Below are positions 35,768 to 47,038 of a stretch of 64,000 bases of DNA, in pieces. The notes beneath the pieces were generated by a model that saw only the letters and a list, made by a program, of their open reading frames with translations, did not search any database and had not been told where the DNA came from. The stretch is from the NCBI GenBank assembly GCA_030390025.1, contig CM059432.1, positions 36,086,001-36,150,000 on the forward strand, in the 5' to 3' direction. The number at the start of each line of letters is the position of its first letter. Position 1 is the stretch's first letter. The DNA comes from Squalus acanthias (Eukaryota). A program made the position numbers and the translations under genes.

Positions 35768-36075
35768 CTGTTCGCGCTGACCCACCCCTTTACAGCAAAC
35801 TCCCACTGCAGAAACGGGAAGAGGTCGAGCGGCTGCTTGGCAGCCAGGGTGCCAACCGGGCCGACTGGCGCAACCTGGCGCACCTCCTGGGCTACGACGA
35901 GGAGCGCGTGGCCACCATTGGCCGAGGGGAGGACCCGGCCCACACGCTGCTGTCTGACTGGTCGATGAGGGACGGCGCCAGCTTGGACGTGCTTTGCAAG
36001 GCCTTGGGGAGGATGGAGAGGGACGACGTCGCAGAGCGTCTAAAACCGGAGCCGGCCGTGACCTCTGTGGTGTGA
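35768..36075 (+). CDS. NRADD: p75NTR-like receptor exon 6 (death domain and PDZ-binding TSVV, stop TGA)
   Basis: (ct)n ccctcag/ acceptor. LYSKLPLQKREEVERLL..DWRNLAHLLGY..PAHTLLSDWS..LDVLCKALGRMERDDVAERL..TSVV*. All six exons total 1182 nt, i.e. 393 aa in one open frame. Confidence 0.95.
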
Positions 36076-38404
36076 CGGAAAAGCCAACATCCGCCGTCAA
36101 CCTTTTGCGCATGAAAGACTTCGATCCGCTTACAGACAAAAGGGGGTCACTCAGACTCAAAAGTGCGGCTGGGTCTTTTAAATTTATTTAAAAAGAAAAC
36201 CTCTTGACTGTAACTGGGACACGTGAGGCAATCAGTTGATTGTGTGGGAATTGGGATTCTTGCCTTTGGCCCACACCTGACGATGCTTCATCAAACGTGT
36301 GGGGGAATTTTTTTTCTTGATTTTTAATTATCACACATCCTGCGCACGATTACACGGGCCGCTCTGTATTTACTGGTTTCTTTGTTTGCTCACTTCCTCT
36401 TCTTGTAGCTGCCGACTCTTGCTGTGGATTCCTTCGGCGCCCACCCTCGGCTGCCTGGCCAAAGTGCCCGTTCTTTGTCTGGGCCAGCAACTGTCGGCGG
36501 GATGTTCAGCTTAGAGTGGCATCTCACCCAAGCCATTCCTCTCCTCCGTGTACAAAATCGGGTGCAGACACTTTCTAGTAGGGGAGGGGTATGTCTCTGG
36601 ATAGTAAGGGAATGCTCTTTTTTTGGAGTGGGGAAAGGAGGAAGAAGTCGAACTGCAGGAAGCCATTCTGGTTTGGGTCTCCTTACCACCAAACTGGATC
36701 CAGCCAGTTAACATTGTTTACTGGGCTTCTGGATTGGCTGTCCAGCAGTCCTGATCATACCCCTTGTCCCTCAGTGCATATGGGCACTCCCTGTTGGTGT
36801 CATCCCTAACTTGTAAATCAGGCTTGTATGGTTCAAGGGCTTCACACTCAAAATGGCTGCCAAGGTTGCCCATAAAATGGCTGCCCACAGCAAGAAGAAG
36901 TCATAACAGCAAGTGTGGCCAGACTGAACAAGAACTATCAGCAGCTTTGTGATATTTTTTTTTATGCATGAGAGTTTTTCTTTTGGATTGCAACTCAATT
37001 CTCAAACACTTAAGTTCCCTTGATGGCTCAACTGGACCGCAAGTCTATGCTTTAACTGATCCAAGTCAAGGGAGCCGGAATGATGTTACATTTGGCATCA
37101 GCCCACCTAGGTTAAGGAAGGGGAAAATCAACTGGTGTTCCAGTCCCTCACTGCTATCCAGTATCCTCTGTTAGAATATGCATCAGTTGGATATTGGGTG
37201 CGGGTATTATTGGCTGTGACCCCTACGTTACAATACCTTACCAAGACGTAGATAGGCTCATACATGAAAAATGGTCATTTGGGTGCGGTTTGAGGGGAAG
37301 GTGTACAGAGAGGGTTGGTGCCTGTGTGGAACGGTTTGACAAGGGTTACCACCTTCAGGAGAGGAGGGGAGAACATTGGGCCCAAAAAAATCAAAAGAAA
37401 AACTCTGACCTATGTGTCACTCTACTTTTGAAAACACAATTTATTGGGGCATGGATATGTTTGTGCATGGAGTGGCGGGCTGTTGTAAATTGTTAGTATC
37501 TCTTCAGAGCCCAGATTGAAATCTCAGCCTGCAGTAGGTGCAAGTTTCCTCGGTCCTATGTGAAATGAGTTTGCAAGTGTCTCATCCCAGTTCCTAGTGG
37601 ACAAACAGCATAATACTACTCCCAAATTGGAACTCATACAACTGTGGGACAGTGTACATAAGAGAACGGAACGAGAACATAGAATCTTCCAAGGGAAAGT
37701 TCTGTATAAATGTTCCCTGATTCCCCAAAGACAATCAAGCACGAGGCACTGATGGCGGCTGGTGTAGGAAGTAGAACTTGAGATCCTTGGTTGACATTCA
37801 GCCCAAAGGAGATTTTGGGAGCACTTTTGAGGGAGCTTCACTCTGCCTGTGCTATAGGTAACTTGAGAGTGCTTCACTGGGTATCTAACCCATGTTTGAT
37901 GCTGTCCCTGTGGCCAAAAGCTGTCCAGTGCTGAGCATTGACTCCCCCACCTTGATGGGCACAAAATTCTGACAATCCAACTAAAGGAAGTCAGGGCAGA
38001 AAAAGTTGCCAGATCAATCAAAATGGCTGCCACATTAACTAAAATGGCAGCCTATATCCAATATTGTGCCGCAATACTAATTATTTCTTGTCTTCATGCC
38101 AATTTGTTGAGTCAAATTGTTACCTATGTTTGTATCGTTTTTTGTTTTTTCAATAAATACAATACCCAGTGGGTCAGAATAGGTACAATATCCCAGAGAT
38201 TTTGAAAAGAGGAGGAATTGTCAGCTTTGGCTGATGCTTTTTCTGGAACTTTCTCTTTTTGTACATAAAGAAATGAAGAATGGGCTTTTCTGCTCTGGTG
38301 TTGTTGCAGACAGTTTGACCTTCACCTCATTGTGCTGTCATTGCATAATTGTGTCCTACAAAAAAATTTATATCTTTAAAAAAAATCACTTTTATGTTAT
38401 GCCA

Positions 38405-38410
38405 AATAAA
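38405..38410 (+). terminator. Probable polyadenylation signal of the p75-like gene (alternative AATAAA at 38152-38157)
   Basis: AATAAA followed about 30 nt later by a GT-rich element (gtttgttgtggttatgttt), with upstream TGTA motifs. Implies a 3' UTR of about 2.3 kb. Confidence 0.6.
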
Positions 38411-39739
38411 CATTTGAAAAATCAAGCTCCACCCTCTCCAGTTTGTTGTGGTTATGTTTATTTCTCTTGTGATAGTCTAGGATTTTCAGTAATCTGCCGA
38501 TGTGTCATTTATTCCCTAAACTGTAAGTATAAACGTTTCCCTTCTCGTCTCTTGAAGTTAGCCTCTTTCGTGGGGTGGGATTCCACACAAGTGTCCATTC
38601 TTCACATCACAGCAGGCTATTGAGTCGTGGAGTGCATCACAGCCAAGTCTGATCTTGTTTTCACCTCTAACACATCTACTTTCCAGTCACCGGATGATTT
38701 AAAAAAATTAGTTCTTGGGTTGTGGGCCTGGCCTCACTGACGAGGCTGGCATTTATTGCCCATCCCTGCTTGACATGACGGAATGGCTTGTTTGTCACTT
38801 TAGAGAGCAGTTAAGAGTCAACCGTGTTAAGATTCCCTCTTTCCTCCCCTTCCCCAAACCAAGGCACTTTATGGGCACAAAGCAGTAGTTGGGGAAGCCT
38901 TCATCAATGAGGTAGGTTTTGAAGTCTCTGAAGGTGGGGAGTAAGATTAGGGAGTGTTCTAGAGGGCGAGGCCAAGATGGCTGAAGACCAAGTTGGAGTG
39001 GGTGGGGGAGGGGGGAAGGAACATCAAACTTGGGAATTGGATATATAGTTAAAAAGGAAACAATTGCAGGGCTGGGGGGAAAGGAGCAGGGGAGTGGGAC
39101 TAATTGGATCGCTCTTTCAAAGAGCCTGCACAAGCATGATGGGCCGAATGGCCTCCTGTGCTGTATGATTAATGGGCATCAGTGTCCGTTGGACCCGTAT
39201 GTGTCAAATGGACAGTTGGGTTTCTGGTGTCCATGGAACGTGGAGTTAAAGCTGTCAAGAGATGAGGGCAGATAATTGTTGGCCAAAAACTCCTCATGGA
39301 GTGGCTATAACTTTTAAAAAATGTGCGAGGTGGGGATGACCTTGGATCTATAAATGGCTCGCCCTAATTTAGCTCCTCCCCTGCTGAGGTTTTGGGTACA
39401 AGTGTTGCTCTACTGCTTGTCCCCATCCATCATTAACTGAACAAGAAAGATGGCTTTAATTGAGATCAAAGTGATTGAGGGAGAACATGATACCCTGGGT
39501 AGGCAGAGCTTCAACAAGCTCGGATTTGCAGAGGTCAAAGGTGAATGGCATTGACAGTTGCCGTGTATGAAACGCATTTACTGACAGATTTAGAAGGGCA
39601 GCAGGGTGCTGGTGGGGCCTGAGCATTTGAACATCACATTCTTCCCTTCACTTTCTTTCGTCCGATGGGTGCCAATTGTCCTCCAAAGCTTCACCCAACT
39701 GGCCAGTTTAAACGTGACCCTAGTGAGTGCGCATCAGAC

Positions 39740-40270
39740 TGGCTACAAAGGGAAGTGATGCTTCAGTTGTACAGACCCCATCTGGAGAATTGCATTGTTT
39801 TAGGCACTGCACCTTAGAGGACATATTGGCCTTGGAGGGGGTGCAGTGCAGATTCACCAGAATGATACCAGGGCTCAACGGGTTAAATTATGAGCACATG
39901 TTTCATAAACTTGACTTGGTTTTCCCTTGAGTTTAGAAGATTAAGGGGTGAGCTGATCGAGGTGTTTAAAATGAAGGAACTCAATAGGGTAGATACAGAG
40001 AAACCATTTCCTCTGGTGGGGGACTCCAGAACAAGGGGGCATAATCTTAAAATTAGAGCTAGGCCATTCAGGAGTGAAATCAGGAAGCACTTTTTTGCAT
40101 AAAGGTAGTCGAAATCTGGGACAACTGAAATTTTCAAGACTGGGATTAATAGAATTTTATTGAAAGTATCAAGGGATATGGCTGAAAATCAGGTACATGA
40201 GGTTGAGTTACAGACCAGCCATGATCTAATTGGCAAAACAGGCTCGAGGGGCTGAATGGCCTACTCCTGT
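39740..40270 (+). mobile_element. CR1 3' fragment
   Basis: EDILALEGVQCRFTRMIPGL..EFRRLRGELIEVFK..RTRGHNLKIR. Confidence 0.85.
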
Positions 40271-41019
40271 GTGTGAGAAAAGAAGAGTATTGCAGTCCTC
40301 TGTCCCAGGAAACACTGATGCTAACTGTAGCATCCCTGCTTCTAATGACTTTAATGAACAAAAGTACTTGTGCCTCGATGGCTCAGTTGTCAGATGCTCT
40401 GACCGGGAAGGATCCAGCTTTGAACCCTGGCTTAACTGAGTTAACTGAGACTAGGAAAACAATAAATAATCTCAATGTCCTGAGCTGATGAAAAATCAGC
40501 CAGGGCTGTGCGTCCTGCTGGAAAGTTCATAGGGCAACAGAATCATCTGATGCCTCTCCCTAGTCGAATAGCTTCCTGATACTGTGTAAGCTCACACATG
40601 CAGAATGCTCATGGGTTTTAGCAAAAATGTAGTTCTCGGGACGTGGACGTTGGTAAGGCCACATTTATTCCCCATCCCTCGTTGCCCAGAACCCATTGAG
40701 TCAACCACGTAGCGTGGGACTGGAGTCATGTGTAGGCCCAGACTGGATAATAAGAACATAAGAAACAGGAGTAGGAGTAGGCCAATCGGCCCCTCAAGCC
40801 TGCTCCACCATTCAATCAGATCATGGCTGATCCAATCTTGGCCTCAACACCACTTTCCCGCTCCCTCCCCATAACCCTTGACTTCCTAATGATGGCAGGT
40901 TCTCTTCCCTGAAGGACATGAGTGAACCAGTAGGTTTTGTTACAACAATCCAACAGTTCTTCATGGTTATTTTTCACAACTTGCCATAGTTATGAACTCA
41001 CAAATTACCAACTTTATAA

Positions 41020-42440
41020 CAATCACAATTTGCATTTATATAGCCCCTTAAATGTAAAAAATGTGCCAAGGCGCTTCACAGAAGTGTAATCAGACAAAAA
41101 TGAAGGAGCGATTAGGAGGGGCGACCAAATGCTTGGTCAAAGAGTAGGGTTTTAAGAAGGGTCTTAAAGGAGAAGAGATAGGTGGAGAGGCGGAGGGAAT
41201 TTCAGAGTTTAGAGCCGAAACAGTTGAAGGCGGGTTGGGGTGGGGGGGCTGGAGGAGGTTATAGAGATAGTGAGGGGCGAGGCCATGGAGGGATTTGAAC
41301 ACAGGATGAGAATTTTAAATTGGCAGCATTGGTGAACCAGGAGCCAGTGTAGGTTAGTGAGGACAGGGTTGATGGGTGAGCGGGATTTGCAGTGGGATAA
41401 GATACGGGCAACAGAGTTTTGGATAAGGTGCCAGGGGTGCATTGGCATCATTGAGACGAGTTGAGAGTTTCAGCAGCAGAGAAAGACTGAAAGAGTTACA
41501 TTTAGGTAGCGCCTTTAGCGACCTCAGGACATCCCAAAGCAGCTTCACAACCAATGAAGTGCATTGAAGAGAGGCTGAGGTAGGGCTGGAGATGGCAAAA
41601 TTACGGAGGTGGGAGTAAGTGGTCTTTGTGATGGAGAGAATATAGGGTTGGAAATTCAGTTCAAACTCATTTCAGAGTCAAATAGGATGCCGAGGTCACG
41701 AGGAGTCTGGTTCAGCCTGAGACAGTGGCCAGGGAGAGGAATGGAATCAATGGCAAGGGTATGGAATTTGTGGCGGGGCTTGAAGACAACGGCCTCAATG
41801 ATTAACGAGAACGTTTTGGCTCATCCAGGACTGGATGTCAGACAAGCATTCTGACAACACAGAGGCAATGGAGGGGTTGAGAGGTGGTGGAGAGGTAGAG
41901 CTGGCTGTTGTTCGCGTACATTTGGAAGGTGAACCTATGTTTTCAGATGGTTTTGTCAAGGGGCAGGTGTAGTTGAGGAAGGGGTGGGGCCAAGGATAGT
42001 TGGTTGGGAACTCCAGAGGTAACAGCGTGGGAGCGGGAAGAAAAGCCAACAGACAGGTGTTGGAGGAGGATGGTGTGGTTGGCCGTGTCAAAGGCTGCAG
42101 ACTGGTCAAGAAGAATGAGGAGGGATAGTGCACCACAGTCACAGAGGATGCCATTTGTGACTTTGATTAGGGCCGTTTCAGTGCTGTGGCAGGGGCAAAA
42201 ACCTGATTGAAGGGGTTCAAACATGGAGCTGCGGGAAAGATGGGCACGGATTTGGGAGGCGACAACACTTTAAAGAATTTGGAGAGGAAAGGGATTGGAG
42301 ATGGGGCAGTAGTTTGCAAGGGCAGAAAGGTGGGTGATGCCGGTGGTTTTGAACGGGAGTGGGAACCATTTACAATTTCAGCTAGCATGGGGGCCAGGAA
42401 AGGAAGTTGGGTGGTCAGCAGTTTAGCAGGAATTGGAGTT
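41020..42440 (-). mobile_element. Degenerate L2-type LINE ORF2 with 3' end
   Basis: Minus peptides [54 protein letters not shown]. Confidence 0.82.
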
Positions 42441-42903
42441 AAGAAAGAAAGACTTGCATTTATATAGCGCCTTTCATGGCCACCGGACATCTCAAAGCGC
42501 TTTACAGCCAATGAAGTACTTTTTGGAGTGTAGTCACTGTTGTAATGTGGGAAACGCAGCAGCCAATTTGCATACAGCAAGCTCCCACAAACAGCAATGT
42601 GATAATGACCAGATAATCTGTTTGTATCTGATAATATTGGCCAGAACACCAGGGATAATTCCCCTACTCTTCTTTGAAATAGTGCCATAGATCTTTTACG
42701 CCCACCTGAGAGAGCAGACGGGGCGACGGGGCCTCGGTTTAACATCTCATCTGAAAGACGGCACTTCTGACAGTGCAGCACTCCCTCAGCACTGCATTGG
42801 AGTGTCAGCCTGGTTTTTTGTGCTCAAGTCCCTGGAGTGGGATTATGAACCCACAACCTTCTGACTCAGAGGCGAGTGTGCTACCAACTGAGCCACAGCT
42901 GAC
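42441..42903 (-). mobile_element. Full-length DeuSINE
   Basis: Family consensus in reverse orientation. Confidence 0.88.
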
Positions 42904-43694
42904 AGGAGGTCGGTCTAATAGGCAAGATGAGAGACAGAACGGAGGATTAGGATTAGGTCTAGGCTGAGGGGAAGGGATGTCTGGCAAGTGGAGGGAGGGG
43001 TGGAGGGGTGGGGGGGGGGGGACGCAGCAGAGGTTCATAAAATATCCGTTTCACACCTTGCCATTGGTGGTATTTGAACTCACGACCTCTGGGCTGCTAG
43101 TCCAGTATCAAAACCATGAGGTTACCGCACTTTACCCGAAGTGAGGTTCCGGAAGGCTGGATGAGCCGAACCCCAGCCAGTGTGAGGCGAGGGGAGAAGT
43201 GTAAAACTAAAGACAAAGAGCTTGCAGTACTGAAGGCGAGTCTGAGCTGGTTTTAGTCTGACGTCCTGATCCGCTCGTTCTCTGCAGGCATCCGGGAAGT
43301 GCTCAGCCGGGTAACTGGATCCCGCAGCTCCAGGTTAGTCAGGTGGCGACATGCGAAGTTAATCAAAAGCCTTCTCGCGCGCGTCCCTTCTCTCATGTTT
43401 GCGCCCAATTGCTGGGCATGTGATTTATTTTCAGTGCTTTGGCTACCGAAGGAAAGCGTTCCCTTTCTCTAGTGTGCGCCCAGCTCTTCTAAGAAAACAT
43501 TTTATCCAACCCAGTGTTGTTCTGTGTAGCTGACGACAGTTTGGAAGAATATTTGTGCCAACCCTCCTCTTCAAAGTCACTGTCAGCCTGGGAGGTCCCT
43601 GTGATTTCATTACCGTAAAATTATTTTTAAAAAATTGTTCTCATTTCAAGGTTCCTGACAGGGAAAAGATCACCCACTGTCAGAATCAAACCCA

Positions 43695-44010
43695 GCTCAG
43701 GTACAGCACAGGTTAAAGTTCCCTTTCACTGTCCCATCAAAGACTCCCAGGGCAGGTACAGCACAGGTTAGATACAGAGTAAAGCTCCCTCTACACTGTC
43801 CCATCAAAGACTCCCAGGGCAGGTACAGCACGGGTTAGATACAGAGTAAAGCTCCCTCTACACTGTCCCATCAAAGACTCCCAGGGCAGGTACAGCACGG
43901 GTTAGATACAGAGTAAAGCTCCCTCTACACTGCCCCATTAAACACTCCCAGGTCAGCTTGATACAACCTGGGTTAGATCCTAAGTAGAGCTCCCACAACA
44001 TCATCCCAAT
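43695..44010. repeat. 67-bp tandem repeat, about 4.5 copies
   Basis: Unit ctgtcccatcaaagactcccagggcaggtacagcacgggttagatacagagtaaagctccctctaca; agactccc recurs at 43741, 43808 and 43875. Confidence 0.93.
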
Positions 44011-44139
44011 AAAGGATTCTGAGTATTGGTCAGATACAGTGTCATGCCTACAAGTTCCGTGTGTCTGGCCATGAGCTTCCATTAACCAACCCCTGAGATC
44101 TAGTTATCTGGGCCGTGAGCTTTAATTAGCTGGTCAGCA

Positions 44140-44680
44140 AGGTAGGGTGGACGGTTATGGAGGTGGAAGTAATTGGTCTTTGTGATGGAGTTGTTATAGA
44201 GCCTGACATAGCTTGGGGAGAGAAAAGCAATCAGTGGGAGGGGAGTGTTGATCGTAACGGGTTGAATAAGATGGTTTTGGTCTTCAGATGTTGAGTTGGA
44301 AGAAGTTGTGATTCATCGAAGACTGGATATCAGACAAGTAGAGCGATCAAAAATGGAGGCAGAGGAGAGGTCGAGCTGGGTATCGTCAGCGTACAAATGG
44401 AAGCTGGCCCCATCTCTGCGGATGGTGTCAGTGATGGGCAGCATATGGGCGATGAGGAGGAGAGGCCAAGGATAGATCCTTGGGACCTCCAGAGTTAACA
44501 GGGGCTGGGGAGAGAAGGGAAACCATGACTGGAGATATTCTGGCTACATTTGAACCAAGCGATGACTGTCCCATGGAGCTGGATGACGGAGGCGAGGTGC
44601 TGACGGACAATGGAATGGTCAAGTGTGTCGAATGTTGAAGAGAGTAGAGAGGACGAGGAGAGTGGAGATAGTTGCAAGGT
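44140..44680 (-). mobile_element. Old L2-type LINE fragment
   Basis: Resembles 41600-42130; reads STFDTLDH and YADD(T) on the minus strand. Confidence 0.6.
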
Positions 44681-45604
44681 GTCTTTTCCAGTGACTCCAG
44701 AGCCTGTGACAGCCACATCTTTCTGCAGCCGCTTCTGCATCTGAGCACAGTAAAGAGAACAGGAATCAGCGAGAGCATTATTTTATCTCCTTGAATCACA
44801 CCCATTAAAAGAACGGTATTAAAATCAGTAAATGGTTCAGGAAATCCCAAGTGCTACCTACGCTGCTCCCCTATTTCTTTCAGCCCAGGTGGCATCTTGC
44901 CCATTGAACCTTGACCCTTAACTGAGGCCTCCCAATAAAATTAATAAAAAAACAATGATTCCCCGACTGTTCAGTGAGTTGAGCCAATGAGTAGCTGAGG
45001 CCTAAAGACCAGGGAGGGTTGTTACCTTGGAATTCCCTACCTAACACCATTGTGGGAGCCCCACCCCCACAAGGACTGCAGCGGTTCAAGAAGGCACAGC
45101 ACCTCCTTCTCAGGGGAAAAATAGAGATGGGCAATAAATGCCGGCCTTACCAGTGACACATCCTGAGATCAAATATCTTTTTTAAAGTAGGGGTCACTGG
45201 ACACTGATCAGGCCGATTGTTTTCTCCCTTGCAAGGTCGAGAGGGAGCTGGATATACTGAGGGTTTAAGAGATTGAGCAGTGAGTGAATGAGACTTTTGA
45301 ACTGTAGGAACCGAGTAGATAAATCTCAGTGGTAATTTCCAACCCTATGCTCCTTTGTGTGATGACGGGCTAGGATTTGTAAAACTTGTAGCTCCTGCTT
45401 TGCCCCTGACCCTCCTGGACTTTTGATATATTGAAGGCGTGGTTGGTCTCTCAGCCCATCCACTGATCTTGAAGTGCACACAGCACAGCTGCAAACGATA
45501 GTTAACATGAGTCAGAGGGCAGTGTGCACTCAATCAGGATACACTACCCGTTCCTGACTTCCCAGTAATGTGACTGAGCAGCCTCTAAGATTCTAACTGC
45601 ATTG

Positions 45605-46040
45605 GGAGCCGAGTCAGAAGGTTGTGGTTTCAAGACCCACTCCACAGAGCGCATAATCTCAACCAACACTCCAGTGCAGTCCTGAGGGGCTGCTGCACTG
45701 TTGGAGGTGCTGTCTTTCAGATAAGACGTTAAACTGAGGGCCCATCTGTCCTCTCAGGCGGATGTAAAAGATCCCATGGCATTATTCGAAGAAGAGCAGG
45801 GAGTTCTCCCTGGTATCCTGGTCACCATTTATCCCTCAACCAACATCACTAAAACAGATTATCTGGTCATTATCACATTGCTGTTTATGGGGCCTTGCTG
45901 TATGTGAATTGGCTGCTGCGTTTCCTACATTATAACAGTGACTACACTTCAAAAGTACTTCATTGGCTGTAAAGCGCTTTGGGACGACCTGAGGCCATGA
46001 AAGCTGCTTTACAAATGCAAGTTCTTTCTTATTCTTTCTT
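45605..46040 (+). mobile_element. DeuSINE
   Basis: Family consensus, 5' end slightly truncated. Confidence 0.85.
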
Positions 46041-46049
46041 TTTACCTAT

Positions 46050-46497
46050 CAGGAAAGGATGAACAGGCTGGGTCTCTATTCTCTTGAAAAGAGAAGGCTG
46101 AGGAGTGACCTAATAGAAGTCTTTAAAATTATGGAAGGTTTTGATAGAGTAGATATGGAGTGAGTGTTTCCACTTGTGGGGAAGAGCAAAACTAGAGGCC
46201 ATCAATATAAGATAGTCACCAAGAAATCAAATAGGGAATTCAGAAGAAACTTCTTTACCCAGAGAGTGGCGAGAATGTGGAACTCACTACCACAGGGAGT
46301 GGTTGAGCCGAATAGTATAGATGCATTTAAGGGGAAGCTAGATAAGCATATGAGGGAGAAGGGAATAGAGGGTTATACTGATAGAGTTAGATGAGGAAGG
46401 ATGGGAGGAAGCTCGAGCATAAACGCCGGCATGGACTGGGTTGGGCCGAATGGCTGGTTTCTGTGCTGTATATTCTATGTAATTCCATGTAATGTAA
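46050..46497 (+). mobile_element. CR1 3' end
   Basis: FPLVGKSKTRGHQYK..RRNFFTQRVARMWNSLP; ttctatg tail. Confidence 0.85.
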
Positions 46498-47019
46498 TAT
46501 TCACCGGCATTTGAGTCACATGCCAGGAACAGCAGAAGCCACTCAATTCAATCAAATGCTGACAATCCCACTGCTTCTTCACGGTTTCAGAATCACTGCC
46601 TACTTGGGCTCACTGTCTACCAACCATCGTCTACCAAGTGTCGAGGGGGGAAGGGGGAGGTGTACACCTGGTTTGTGGGGGTGGGGGCAGGGAAGGGGAA
46701 GAGGGCAATTGAATGAGGCTGAAAGATTGTTCTTCAGGTTTCAGTGGTTTTCTTTTCAGAATAGAGTCTGACTTCTGTTGATGTTTTCTGTTCTGACATT
46801 TTCTCTGCTTATTTTGATGGTTCAGTGCCGGTAAGTTTTCGGTTATCACCTAAGCTGCGCGGGCGTGTGGCTGCGCATCGATCAGGAGGTCCCACGCAGG
46901 CCGCTCACCAGCTGTTGCCGCTGGAAAAGATGCTAAAAAAAATTAGAGGGAACATTAGTTGTCATGTAACTTTAGGTCGTGCCCTGATGCCTTCAATTTC
47001 TCCTGTAACAGGTCACTGA

Positions 47020-47038
47020 CAGCGCCACCTACAGGCAC
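47020..47038 (-). promoter_or_regulatory. Candidate CTCF site
   Basis: cagcgccacctacaggc closely matches the CTCF core (GCGCCACCTNGTGG). Intergenic, in unique sequence. Confidence 0.45.

Noticed and set aside
13910..36075. Calling the receptor NGFR itself
   Set aside because: The juxtamembrane sequence, SVV terminus and KLHL18 linkage fit NRADD/NRH1 better. Phylogeny is still needed.
43695..44010. Possible CRISPR array
   Set aside because: Whole 67-bp units repeat with no unique spacers.
44680..45490. Minus-strand acceptor-like sites near 44740 and 45490 as KIF9 or SETD2 exons
   Set aside because: No recognisable protein similarity and no convincing donor sites.
46760..46830. Exon-like segment with ttttcag acceptor and gtaagt donor
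   Set aside because: Stops in all three frames, and it abuts a MITE remnant.
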